From contig CM106586.1 of assembly GCA_048013815.1 (NCBI GenBank), positions 14,880,001 to 14,944,000 of the forward strand: a stretch of 64,000 nt of DNA, in the 5' to 3' direction. Under the pieces are notes generated by a model. The model was not told the origin of the DNA. It saw only the letters and a list, made by a program, of their open reading frames with translations, and did no database searches. Positions 1 to 10,989 of the stretch are shown in pieces. A program made the position numbers and the translations under genes. Origin of the DNA: Setoptus koraiensis (lineage: Eukaryota > Animalia > Arthropoda). The stretch's first letter is position 1, and each line of letters starts with the position of its first letter.

Positions 1-1476
1 ATCCGAATGCCAATCGCCCCCTTGCGCTGTCGCTCCACTAGGTACTGGCAACGATTTAGCCAGAGTACTGAGATGGGGCTCTGGATATACAGGAGGTAGG
101 TCGAATAGAATATTTTATGCTTTTATTTGTATGTGTTTATTTGCGAGATAGACAAGCATATAATAATCAAATTATTTCCTGTACTCGTTCTGTACAAACT
201 AAAGCCGAGGATCCTCTCAATCTATTGAAGGATGTCATTGATGCCGAAGAGATAATTCTAGATAGATGGACCGTGGTATTCCATCCAGATGAGCCAAATA
301 AACAGGAAGTGCCCACTTCTCTTACCATAAAGCCGGGAACAAGCAGTGGCGCTGAGGACAATACAAACATGCTAGTCATGAACAATTATCTTGGCCTCGG
401 TATCGATGCTGATTTATGTCTCGGTTTTCACAATGCTAGAGAGGAAAATCCAGATAAATTCAATTCCAGGTAAAAATCATTCATTAACGTCAAAAAAGAC
501 AAATTAACTGATTTTTTTGTGACGCCCTGCTAATTGTTTTATCACCAACTAAACATCTGATCGAACAGATTACACAATAAGGGAGTTTATGTTAAGCAAG
601 CCTTCAGGAAGATTGTGAATCGTAAGCCGTGGAGTAATCTTAACAAAGAGATTGTGCTAGAGGTGGATGGCAAGGTTGTTAATCTACCTCATATAGAAGG
701 AATAATAATACTCAACATTCTAAGGTTAGTCACATGCTGAGTTGGGTGTTGTCTAGCTAAAATCAAGATATGAACGAACAAAATAATCAACCAAAACTCG
801 AAACCCTTTATCACCAGTTGGGGCTCTGGGGCTAATCCTTGGGGCCTTGATGCCGAAGATAGGTTTGCGAAGCCTAACCACTATGATGGTTTACTCGAAG
901 TTGTCGGAGTGACAGGCATTGTTCACATGGGTCAGATACAAGGAGGCATAAGTAGAGGAATCAGAATTGCTCAGGGAGGCCAGGTAGGTTTGACTATGAC
1001 AATTTAATTACTCTATTATTTTTTCATTCAAAATCAACAAAGCTTTAGAATAACATTATGTTCTTCTTAAATCCATTCTTAATTCTATTCAATGAATAGA
1101 TAAAGATTCGTCTTAACACCGAGATGCCAATACAAGTTGATGGAGAACCTTGGGTCCAGACTCCAGGTAGAGTGAATATAATCAAATCAGCACTCAAAGT
1201 AAGTAGTCGGGGTTCAAGATAAACAAATGCATATTTACACATATTTAGTATTGAAGTAAAATACCGCTGACGTAATATAAATTGACTAATAAATCAACTT
1301 CTTATTATTATAATAATTACCAATTGTCTCCAATTAACAACTAGGCGACTATGCTAAGGAAAACCAAAATGAAACGACGTAATACGGAGCCCACATTAAC
1401 GCAAGCAGAAAGATTGTTAAGTGTAGACAAGGCGAACGCTGATAAATGTATCACCAATGAGAAGCTTGAAGAATGA
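1..1476 (+). CDS. DGKQ: Diacylglycerol kinase theta, 3' part (5'-truncated by window). Exons 2-95, 205-469, 569-724, 818-983, 1100-1198, 1345-1476
   Basis: Manual splicing at GT-AG sites gives a continuous frame: [23 protein letters not shown] (DAGK catalytic motif), [23 protein letters not shown]...[43 protein letters not shown] and C-terminal [17 protein letters not shown], typical of DGK theta. Stop TGA at 1474-1476. Confidence 0.92.
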
Positions 1477-1620
1477 ACAAAACGAGTTCGTTTTGATAGT
1501 AGCTAATTAACAGCCGACATATTGGCTATACACGTTAGACCAAAGTGGCCTAGTTCTATCATATTTTCTTCTTTTTACTATACACACAATATATATATAA
1601 TAGATAGTCAACAGGGTCTA

Positions 1621-4600
1621 TCAACTTTTTGCCTTCTTCCTTTTAGCGCCTGAGTTGTCAGATGCTTTGTTAGCGGTTTGTGAAACATCACTTTCATCGA
1701 TGTCTATGGGAGGATCGATAATTTTAACAATAACTCTTTCTGAAAATCTAGATGTTTTTGCGTCATCTGAGTCGCTTGAAGCAAGTGATATATCTACTTT
1801 TATCTTATCAAACTGGCGGATGGACTTTTTACTGGGCAGGTAAATTTGTTCTCTGGAGTCCGGCTCGAATTGCCAGTCCTTAGCCGGATTCAAAAAGTAT
1901 GTATGCTCGAAGGCTATCCTTGGAATCAGTATTTGAAGAGCATTCTGGCGAACATAAAATATATAGGCATCCTCATTATGTAGGATCTTTTTTGATTTGA
2001 TATAAAGAACAGTATGAAGTTTAGTAGACGCTCGGCTAGCAAATTGAGCCATCCTGTGACGATAATTTATTTGGTCGCATAGAGCTTGAACTCTGTTTTT
2101 GTTGAGCATAGATTTGTCCAAATGAGATGATCCGATGGAGTGAGCCAACAGCCTGTGGACTAGCAAATCGGCATATCTTCTTATCGGGGACGTAAAGTGT
2201 GTGTAGATGTCGGCAGCTAGACCAAAATGTGAAAAACTAGATTTGGATTTTTCGCCACAACCACTACAGAAATAAGCTGCTGGCGTCATACATCGTGTTG
2301 CAATCATTCTCAGCATCAAATTAAAATATTCATTGCTTGGATCTTTGGCTTTATCTAGACTTTCAGATAAGTGTTTACCGTCGTCTGCCTCTATTTTAAA
2401 TCCCATTTTATGTGTTTTAGCTGCTTCAACAAGTTCGTCAAAATTTGCTGTCGACGGTTTCGGATGTCTTCTGAGGAGTGCTAGTTCAGGAAAATCTTCC
2501 AATAGCTTTTGCGCGACAGATATGTTGGCCAGAAGCATAAACTCTTCGACCATTGAATTGGTTTCCATGAGCCTTTTATGTTGAATTTCTAAAGAGGCAT
2601 CGTTCTCGTGTGTTTCTGAATCTATTTCAACGAAACGAATCTCATCTGCTCGAGCCAACACCAGAGCACCACTTTCCATACGCTTTCGTTTCAATTTCTT
2701 GGCTAGATCATTGAGGCTTCTTAAACCTTTGTGAATGTCACTGGATTGATTCTTTTCATCAATTTTTAGTTGGGCCTCCTCATATGTGAGTGAAGCCTTT
2801 GAGCAGATAATTGATCGCATGAATTTTGTATCCTTTATCGCACTTGTTTCCTTATCTAATATCCAAATGACACTGAATGCGAGTCGGTCCCGCTTCTCTA
2901 TGAGAGAACAAAGATTGGAACTCAATAGTCCTGGGATCATATCAATCCTTCTGTCTGCCAAATAAACTGTTGTGCCTCTATTAGCTGCTTCTTGATCGAG
3001 CGCTGACATAGGTTTAACATAATAGGAAACATCGGCAATATGTACACCCACTTCTACATTGCCATCACCTAAATCCTTGCAATGTAAGGCATCGTCAATA
3101 TCCGTACATCCAGGTGGATCTACACTGCAAATACTCAGATTTCGTAAGTCAACACGCCTGGAGAATTCTTCTTCCGGTATGGTCCAATCATTACCCTCTG
3201 GCGGTAAACAGTCCAAGACAGCGCGACTAAACATGGAATGTGGAACATCATGCTCTAGTAACAAAACTTGATTCTCTGTCTCTTTATCACCAATCGTTCC
3301 AAGTGCTCTGACATAATGGCCAAGTGGATATTTAGATTCGCGTGGCCATGAATCTATGGCAACCACAAGCCTTTGATTTTTTAGTATATCATATTGCCGT
3401 GTTTCAATTCGGATAACTGGTATTCTACGTTCATTTGGCACAAATAGATAACGCGTCATGGTTGCAGAGCTCCCGATATCCTTTAATCTTAATGTTCCAC
3501 AGTATTGACGCCACTTTCTCTTTATAACAGAAACCACCTTTCCTGTTGGTCTCTTGGAAGTTTCGTTATGGATTGATGTCTTACTCTTGGAATTCAATAG
3601 TGTATCTTCATCATTTTGATCGGCCTCACCAACAACGTCATTCTCGCCACTGGCATCAGGCAGTATAACCAAATTAGATTTCGTCTTCCATTCGCTTTTG
3701 GGTAGTAGTTCTATAGCTACTATGTCATCTTGAACAGCTCTATTCAAACTTTCCCTACCTTGAATAAGAATTTGGACGTCTTCGTCGTTAAGGGTAATTG
3801 AGACAAATCCTTCGAGAGAGTTGTCACGACTAGCTTGAAATTTACCTTGATATAATTTGCCAGATTTAAGTCCGCTGCGCGTTTCTTCTACTGTATAATG
3901 TTTGTTGTAAATAAATTTGTCCTCTTTGTTGTTGTCATCTAGATTGGTTTGTTCGTCGGCGATGGCCAACTTGTCCACAATTTCATTGTTATTCTTTAAA
4001 GCTTGCACATATTGCGTCAATGTAAAGACGAGAAGAGACTTTGGACTACTGATAAGTTTGGCAATTCTCAAGTATTCTTGTTTAGTTTCTTCTCTGCACG
4101 ATAGTAATACAACTGTTGATATAAATTTAGACCAGTGCTCTAAGTACCAAGCACAAGCCTGAATGATCATCCTACGATGATAGTCTTCCATTGATTCTCC
4201 TGGATTTCTAACTGAATAAGTTTGCTTGTGGTGATCGTTTATAAATATGAAAAAGTTACGATGAGGAGAGGCGCCCATCATTTGCTTGACCCTGCTGTAG
4301 ACGTTCAGTGACTTAGTACGAACCCTATTCATGACAGTCTGAAGTAATACAGTGTTGGAACCAAATTGATCATCCTCAATAATGTCCATTTGCTTCAAGA
4401 GGCATTCGTCGTCTACAATGACCAGATGAGGTCCTGTCACTAAATTGGATATCTGATTTCTACTGTTTGGCTCTAGGCATAGGCTGTTCTCGACAACAGA
4501 TTTTAACGTTGTGTTCTTATTCAAGAAATCGTAACAGTGCTGGCATTGTTTGAGTCCGCAGACAATGTCGTCCCTGACGTAGTGCTCGCGGACTATCTTT

Positions 4601-4650
4601 ATTATGGAGCCCCTCTTGGTTTTCCTATAGTTAACTATCGAGCTAATCAT
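1621..4650 (-). CDS. DIS3: Exosome catalytic subunit DIS3/RRP44, intronless (about 1009 aa from ATG 4650; open frame extends to 4725)
   Basis: N-terminal KTKRGSIIKIVREHYVRDDIVCG with CR3 motif (CGxxxCxxC...PH), PIN fold, cold-shock domains, intact RNB active site SVDPPGCTDIDDALH, YTHFTSPIRRYAD, S1 domain and basic NLS-like tail KRKKAKS. Confidence 0.96.
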   Translation of the reverse strand: MISSIVNYRKTKRGSIIKIVREHYVRDDIVCGLKQCQHCYDFLNKNTTLKSVVENSLCLEPNSRNQISNLVTGPHLVIVDDECLLKQMDIIEDDQFGSNTVLLQTVMNRVRTKSLNVYSRVKQMMGASPHRNFFIFINDHHKQTYSVRNPGESMEDYHRRMIIQACAWYLEHWSKFISTVVLLSCREETKQEYLRIAKLISSPKSLLVFTLTQYVQALKNNNEIVDKLAIADEQTNLDDNNKEDKFIYNKHYTVEETRSGLKSGKLYQGKFQASRDNSLEGFVSITLNDEDVQILIQGRESLNRAVQDDIVAIELLPKSEWKTKSNLVILPDASGENDVVGEADQNDEDTLLNSKSKTSIHNETSKRPTGKVVSVIKRKWRQYCGTLRLKDIGSSATMTRYLFVPNERRIPVIRIETRQYDILKNQRLVVAIDSWPRESKYPLGHYVRALGTIGDKETENQVLLLEHDVPHSMFSRAVLDCLPPEGNDWTIPEEEFSRRVDLRNLSICSVDPPGCTDIDDALHCKDLGDGNVEVGVHIADVSYYVKPMSALDQEAANRGTTVYLADRRIDMIPGLLSSNLCSLIEKRDRLAFSVIWILDKETSAIKDTKFMRSIICSKASLTYEEAQLKIDEKNQSSDIHKGLRSLNDLAKKLKRKRMESGALVLARADEIRFVEIDSETHENDASLEIQHKRLMETNSMVEEFMLLANISVAQKLLEDFPELALLRRHPKPSTANFDELVEAAKTHKMGFKIEADDGKHLSESLDKAKDPSNEYFNLMLRMIATRCMTPAAYFCSGCGEKSKSSFSHFGLAADIYTHFTSPIRRYADLLVHRLLAHSIGSSHLDKSMLNKNRVQALCDQINYRHRMAQFASRASTKLHTVLYIKSKKILHNEDAYIFYVRQNALQILIPRIAFEHTYFLNPAKDWQFEPDSREQIYLPSKKSIRQFDKIKVDISLASSDSDDAKTSRFSERVIVKIIDPPIDIDESDVSQTANKASDNSGAKRKKAKS

Positions 4651-5379
4651 GTTCGAGCGATTGATAGAACAAGCGGATGATAATCGATTGATCAGGCAGT
4701 CTGGTTGTGTTGTTGTGATGGGCAATGTGGCTAAAATAGTGATATATGGCGATTATTGTCCAAACTAACATCGAGCCCCCATGATATAAGGCAGAAAATT
4801 CCGTGCCCCGATGACACGTGTGTTGATTTTTGTGCCCGACAGCCGGCCCATGTGAATCATGAAGTACCCGTTTGTTGAGAGACCGCGCAACGTTCATATT
4901 TCGTGCTTGATACCGGTCATGGTTTGGGCGAGTCTAATAGCGCGACCCGCCCCTCTTGGTATCGGCCCACTTAAACAATTATTTTGGCGCTTATTTCAAA
5001 CAACAATTCGCAAAAAATAAAAGAAGAGCCTCGACTCTCCCAGTCCCCGATTGTTGCCCGTTATATCCGATAGAGTGCACAAAATCTCGACAAAAGTATT
5101 ATCGGACAGATTTTTATGATGGAATTTCATTCGATTGAGAGAAAAGAGGTGGACCAAGGACTATATGGATAGAAAAACTTTCAATAGTTTGCACTACAGG
5201 ATCCTTTCAACGAGCTCACTTCACCTCTCGTTCTTGCGTTGGCGCTCATGCGAATTCTGGCTGTTGGAATTCATCATAACTTTTTATTTCGAATGTTCCG
5301 AGCTTTTCCAACGGACGAGCTATTGCACGGATGTTTCCATTACGCTCACTTGATTTGTTTCAAATTCAAGTTATTTTTT

Positions 5380-5740
5380 TTTCAAGTAGCCAGCGTTGAG
5401 ATAACATGAAGCGAACTACTGTTGATGTAGTCATTTGAACTTTGATATTCTTTTCGATTATCGATTCGATTGTGCGCCATTGACCCGGCAGAGCATTGGG
5501 TCATCATACTGTCTTCAACTTCCCTGGAAAAGACTTGTTCACAATAGAGGTAGAGTGACAGGGTGAAGCCAAATATTCGCCATAATGTTTGATGGTTTTC
5601 AGTTTGGTGATCGACTTATCAAGTCATGTAAGCAACAGGCGCTCAAATGAGTTGTTAGAGACACTATGATTGTCTCAAGCTTTTCGAGGTTACCGTGGAG
5701 TTCATCAGAGTTGATGTTTGGATAGTTCTTCGAGACCGGA
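5380..5740 (-). mobile_element. Degenerate hAT-superfamily transposase C-terminal remnant (frameshifts and stops)
   Basis: Frame-hopping translation gives SKNYPNINSDELHGNLEKL ... PSNIMANIWLHPVT / CEQVFS, resembling the hAT dimerisation region (FPNI..ALRIFLTLPVT..SCERSFS). Judged by eye only. Confidence 0.35.
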
Positions 5741-5998
5741 CCACAGGGATAGTCAGTCCATTTGATTGCACCTCAAATTGCCAGATGCTTTAGTGTGGTC
5801 CTGAGAAAGAATGAAGCGTTAAAATATTTCGCCGGTACTTTAACCCCATAATCGACAGTGATACTGGTGGCATGGTGGTAATAATTCCATATCAGAGTTA
5901 ATAAATTTTTTGGGCTGGATTGGAAGATTAGGCTTCTTTTTTGTCGCCCTTTCTTTTTAAAAGAATAAGCTTTTATTCTGGAGATTTTTGGTGCAAAC

Positions 5999-7078
5999 TC
6001 ATTTATCTGAATATTGTTTAAAAATTGCGGTTTCCTCTGGAGTAAGTGGTTTTGGTAACAATTGTGTGATTTCATAATCAGGATATTTCCTCTTATATTC
6101 CATAAACTCTTTTTCATATCGTTCACGATCTTGTATGGCTTTTCTTATACAGCGAAATTTTTTCTTATCTGACAAGGCAGTGTATTCATGTTTGAGCAAC
6201 TTTTTTGTGCTTGAATCCCTCGTTTCATACTTTTCAATTTTTCTTGCGACGTAGAGCTTTTCAGGAGTTTTAGCTGGTAGATGGGGTTCAGGATCCTCAT
6301 TCAATAGTATCACTTCAGGCTGATTGGCCGTAGGTTTAACATTCTCGGCACAGTCTTTGCACTTTTTTAGATAGTTTTTCATATCTTTTTCGTATTCATC
6401 CAAATATTTTTTCATCCTGTGGATGGGCAATGTCTCAAATTTTTTTCTATACACTTTCTTGGCTTCTCTTAGATCGTCGCATTGTTTGTATCTGGTCTTG
6501 TGTTCAACGTATCTATAGACCGCAGATCTTGGTTTCTTTGGTAACTTGACCTGCCGTCCTGTCGAACGCTTGTTATTGCTGTCGCGGTAGCTCCTTTGCG
6601 AGATCAAATCTAGATGACCCATCAAACCTATATATCTCCTGAGGTCTTGAGTGACCTCGTTCAGTAATCTGAATCTCCTTACCTTCAAAATCAATCGATT
6701 GCCCCATTCCTCACAATCCTCCGAGGTATAAGAATCAAACTTGACTACATTCCAATCAATCTTCTTCAATGTGGTGACAAATGATTCCTTTGGTGGTTTG
6801 TCGAAGTATGTTCCAATTCTATCCAAGAGAATCAGCACATCGTTAACTTTCCATTTTCCTTCACACTTGGAATCATCGAATGTGTTAAGTGTGTTATGTG
6901 TGCTCAAGTTGTTATCTGAATTTGTGCAATTATCATCCTCAGAGGGTGAGTCTTCAAATTTGTTGTCTACTCTATATTTTTTCTTTGTTTGAGGTGATAT
7001 GTCGTGATCTGTTGGGATGACGGATAACAGGTCTAGTAACTGGCTGTTTTCAGTTCTTTGAAGCGGAACCTTTTTCAT
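5999..7078 (-). CDS. UBTF: UBF (nucleolar transcription factor 1)-like HMG-box protein, shortened (359 aa)
   Basis: KWKVNDVLILL...KKIDWNVVKFDSYTSEDCEEW...KVRRFRLLNEV matches the UBF N-terminal dimerisation domain (WSQEDMLTLL...DWEKVAF...C...W...VRKFRTLTEL). It is followed by HMG box KLPKKPRSAVYRY...YEKDMKNY and a second box PAKTPEKLY...KKKFRCIRKAIQDRERYEKE. Confidence 0.75.
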   Translation of the reverse strand: MKKVPLQRTENSQLLDLLSVIPTDHDISPQTKKKYRVDNKFEDSPSEDDNCTNSDNNLSTHNTLNTFDDSKCEGKWKVNDVLILLDRIGTYFDKPPKESFVTTLKKIDWNVVKFDSYTSEDCEEWGNRLILKVRRFRLLNEVTQDLRRYIGLMGHLDLISQRSYRDSNNKRSTGRQVKLPKKPRSAVYRYVEHKTRYKQCDDLREAKKVYRKKFETLPIHRMKKYLDEYEKDMKNYLKKCKDCAENVKPTANQPEVILLNEDPEPHLPAKTPEKLYVARKIEKYETRDSSTKKLLKHEYTALSDKKKFRCIRKAIQDRERYEKEFMEYKRKYPDYEITQLLPKPLTPEETAIFKQYSDK

Positions 7079-7605
7079 AATTTAGTTGTACAACAGCTAG
7101 TTGAAAGGAAACAAAACTCAACCTTGCCAGCGCCACCCTCAGACCCTTCTGAGGACGCTAGCAACCACAGACTATCTTGGCCCAGTTGCATTAACGGCTA
7201 TTGTCATAGTTGGCGTATTATCATTTCTTTGTGCTGTAATCACTTATATTGTGACATGTATCAAAAGAAAGAACTCACAAAAATTTCGAGTGAGAAATAG
7301 ATTTGATTTCCGTTATGAGAGTGAAAGGCGTGCTTTCTTGAAAAAAGGATCAAAGCCTGTGATATTTCTATTTTATTATTTCAATTGGTGGTACACCACA
7401 ACATCTCGCAAAAGCCACGGGTGACACCATTAATAATCCCAGACGTTTGGGAACTGTGGATACTCCTATTAACGATTCAGAATAATCAAAACCGTTAAAA
7501 AATTTGGGACCACCTACCATAGATGAAAGAAATCAGGATGTGGACAACCCAATCACTACTAGTGATCTATGCAAAACATCATTCTCAAATAGCAGATACT
7601 CGTAA
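7079..7605 (+). pseudogene. Disrupted fragment of a single-pass membrane protein (TM plus cytoplasmic tail)
   Basis: Hydrophobic segment LGPVALTAIVIVGVLSFLCAVITYIVTC followed by basic IKRKNSQK. Flanking protein-like frames join only through frameshifts and an in-frame stop. No start codon; abuts the UBF ATG. Confidence 0.35.
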
Positions 7606-7897
7606 GCAGACAGAATAGAAAGTAAAAGTGGCGATAACTGTTGTTCATTCGTATATAGTCACCACTCAAATGGATTAATGGATTAGTAATGTTCAGTGCC
7701 ACTTGATTTGTTTGAAGGCTTGTTGTCCCATAAAATAATTAGTTCATATATAACATGTAATATTATTACATTTAGATGAATTATTGATATCTCTACAATT
7801 ATTATTACTATACTACCATTATTATTATCATCGATATATAGATGGATATATGTGTGTTTAATGACATATCTAAAATATACAGCAAAGGCTGATAGAA

Positions 7898-8128
7898 TTA
7901 CCTGGTTTGAAAAAAAAGGTTCATTGAGCAATGGCTCATCAACCTCTTGGTCAATTTATAATCAATGTGAAGGTGACCGAAAGAGATAATCTGTCTAACA
8001 AGCTGTAACCAAGATTTTGAGACGAGAGCACAATTGAGGAGGTCTTCCTCGATCCTCATAAGAGGGTGTAGCCCTAGAACAGTCTCCGTTGAGCTGTGGC
8101 ACCGCGTTAGTGTCTGTAGCTTTATCAC
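7898..8128 (-). pseudogene. F-box motif-containing fragment
   Basis: IEEDLLNCALVSKSWLQLVRQII matches the second half of the F-box consensus (xDLLxCxLVSKxW). No convincing start or downstream domain. Confidence 0.4.
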
Positions 8129-9802
8129 ATTTTTGTGTCTGTCCCATTGACTACATGTATCATGTTCAGGTGAGAGGAGGTTTTAAACGATTCTGTGAAA
8201 TCGGAGCCGTTACCTATAAAACTATGTTTCGGTTCCTCACTTTTTTTCTTCATCTTTTTTGGTGGATTATATTCGTTCTCGGCACGTTGATCTTTGGTCT
8301 ATTTTTGGTCTTATCACTAACATTTGCATTTTCGACGATAATGCCATTGAATATTTACGATGTAAAAACTGTGTATCACAAAGCATATGATCCGATAATG
8401 GGTGTATCGGGAGAGTAATGAACTGTGAAATGATAACGACACCATTGCGAAAATATTCGCCCTTGACTGGCGCGTGTATGAGTGCCCCAAATGAAAAACG
8501 TTGCCCTAAATCTGACAAGGTGAGCTAGGTGACTTGAACTGACGGATTTTCTCCTGGTGGGTCCATTCTTGTAGATCTTGACGAGTTGAGTTCAGCCCGG
8601 ATAACCATTTGCCCGTTTTATTTTTTTGTTTCTGGAATATTCTGGTGTCTTCTGGGCCTTGCTCGTACCGATAGGCGTTTTTTGGCAGACACGTCGACCT
8701 GCCAAATGCGTTGCGGACGCCATGAAAGCAGATTGCTGTCTTGTGATTGCCAGCCTTGGTAGTGCATTCGGCGGGACCAGAAAACATGTTAAAACAAACA
8801 CATAATTAACCACCAAAACATGAATAACAGCCCTCACGTGGCGCTACTTAGGGATGCCATATTCATTTAATCGCTAGAGTTGTTATGCATCTGAGTAGTT
8901 CATTAATTATTTGATGCTTACTCAATAAATTAACATACTCAAGACAGCTCGAGCTATCTTCTACGTCGTCATTCGTACTTTTAGCACAACTTTGCGATTC
9001 TTTAATCTCAGCCTCTATTTACCTAGCCTAGCTAATTGGTGCTCGAATCAAACTTAATTTTTCTCTAGACTATGTCAGTCTTGGTGTGACCATAAGTGGA
9101 AACTCCTGGATGATTATTTGCTACAACTACATGAGGGCATGACCACGGTTTTTCTAATCTGGTAAAAAGCTGAAAAGCTTTCAACCTTCCAAATTCAAGG
9201 TGTCCGGTAGCTGAGCTATGCAAGAATATTTATCATGGATCACGAGTGAAACAGTCGATAGTTAAATCGGATCTTTGGCAATGGTTGGTGCATTGTTGAC
9301 TGGATTGTGTCGATTGAATCTAGGATGTGCGAATGTTTGATTTGTTGCGCAAACGGGTACACAAGAAAGTGTTACAAGCAGGAGGTTCTCGTGCAAATCG
9401 CTGGTCGGAGGGGAACAACGTTGAGATTAGGACCCATATCTCAATGAGAGGCCAGACTTTGTAAGTTCGCTTATATGTAAAATGTTAGCCTGAGTGTGAG
9501 TTCGCTCGGATAGAAGCGATGTTTTTTCATACATACCTCCTCATCACAAAAGAAAGCTAGATTTTTATTCAATTACAATTTCACACTCTGTTGTTTGCAT
9601 CCTGTTAGCATTCAACATTAGATTGAGATGGCAATCAACTTCACCTGAATATTAGCGTCCGGTAAGCATAATTCACGCCACTATGACACACAAGAGATAG
9701 TAAGTTCACTGGGTTAGGTCAGGAGCGAGGCAATTTGTCACGGGCTATCATTGGCATTAAAGACAATAAAGTATGCTACCAACGATTTGAGTCTAGCAAT
9801 AC

Positions 9803-9840
9803 TATATAAGCTTTTTACATGGATGTAGCTGGTGTTAGTC
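9803..9840 (+). promoter_or_regulatory. TATA box plus Inr-like element for the serine protease
   Basis: TATATAAG at 9803-9810 and TTAGTC (arthropod Inr-like) at 9835-9840, about 170 nt upstream of ATG 10009. Confidence 0.45.
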
Positions 9841-10008
9841 ATGACGAGTCGAACCGAACTAGACATTTGGAAACGTTTAGTAAATTAGAATAACAATAAC
9901 AACAACAACTTCATTCCACTGTTCAAGATCCTTCGAAAATCAGAAATTAAACCTCTTCCCTTCGTAAAATCATTAGTAGTATTATCGAGTATAAGCAGGG
10001 CACTCAAA

Positions 10009-10989
10009 ATGTCAACGAAAATTGCCTTATTTTTAGCGTTCTGCCTGCTGTCTGTGTCAGCCGATCCCATATATGGATTAAAGAAAATATCCCACCTGTT
10101 CAAGCAGGAATTATCTGAAGAAAACAGTTATCATAATCGTACCTCAACGATTGGACGAGGTGACCTAGAACAACGAGGAATATCAGATGAAAGGAAAAAT
10201 TATGACTGGATCGAATGTGGCATTAATCAAGTCGATACAACATCTTTTATTGTGGGTGGCAGCGATGCAAAACCGGGTGAGTTCCCATGGCTTGTGCAGA
10301 TAGCTGGAAGGGGCTATTGTGGAGGGACAATCATATCGAGAGATTTTATCTTGACAGCTGCTCACTGCTTTAGACATCCGATAGAAGAAGTTGTTGAGGC
10401 AGGAGACGGACAATTCATACAAAAACGAAACATTGAGAAAAAGTTCATACACCCTGATTATATCCATAGAGCTGATGCTCTCGTAAATGATATAGCACTA
10501 GTGAAATTAGACAAGCCACTGGACTGGAATGATCATGTTGGACCTATTTGTATGCCGGGCGCCAATGATGAAGAGCATGTGAAACCTGGAACCATTCTTA
10601 GATTGGCAGGTCGAGGCAATATCAGTACTTTTAAAGGAAGTTCAAAAATTTTAACCGCTGATTTGACGGTGAAAGAGAGTCGCGCATGTACGGATGACTT
10701 CAAAAAGTCAAGCAATCTCACAATGAATGAGGAAATATTGAAAATATTTAAGACTACTACGATCTGCGCTGCAGGCTTGAATGAAAACGGCGAAGTGAAA
10801 TCTTCAAGCTGTTACGGTGACTCGGGAGGTCCAGCCGCCGTTCTCGGCGAAAATGGACGCTGGGTTATCCGCGGAGTGATATCCTCAACAACAAACTTTG
10901 AATGTTCTAAGGGATATAACATATATACCAACGTGGCCAGCTTCCTCCCATGGATTATTAATATCATTGGAAACGAATCAATTTTGTGA
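10009..10989 (+). CDS. Secreted S1A (chymotrypsin-fold) serine protease zymogen, intronless, 326 aa
   Basis: Signal peptide MSTKIALFLAFCLLSVSA, propeptide with linking Cys (WIECG), activation site TSF/IVGG, intact triad LTAAHC, NDIALVKL and CYGDSGGP. Confidence 0.95.
   Translation: MSTKIALFLAFCLLSVSADPIYGLKKISHLFKQELSEENSYHNRTSTIGRGDLEQRGISDERKNYDWIECGINQVDTTSFIVGGSDAKPGEFPWLVQIAGRGYCGGTIISRDFILTAAHCFRHPIEEVVEAGDGQFIQKRNIEKKFIHPDYIHRADALVNDIALVKLDKPLDWNDHVGPICMPGANDEEHVKPGTILRLAGRGNISTFKGSSKILTADLTVKESRACTDDFKKSSNLTMNEEILKIFKTTTICAAGLNENGEVKSSSCYGDSGGPAAVLGENGRWVIRGVISSTTNFECSKGYNIYTNVASFLPWIINIIGNESIL

Noticed and set aside
4651-4725. 25-aa N-terminal extension of DIS3 from the ORF-track start
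   Set aside because: Homology starts at MISSIVNYRKTKRGS (ATG 4650), and the extension has no recognisable feature.
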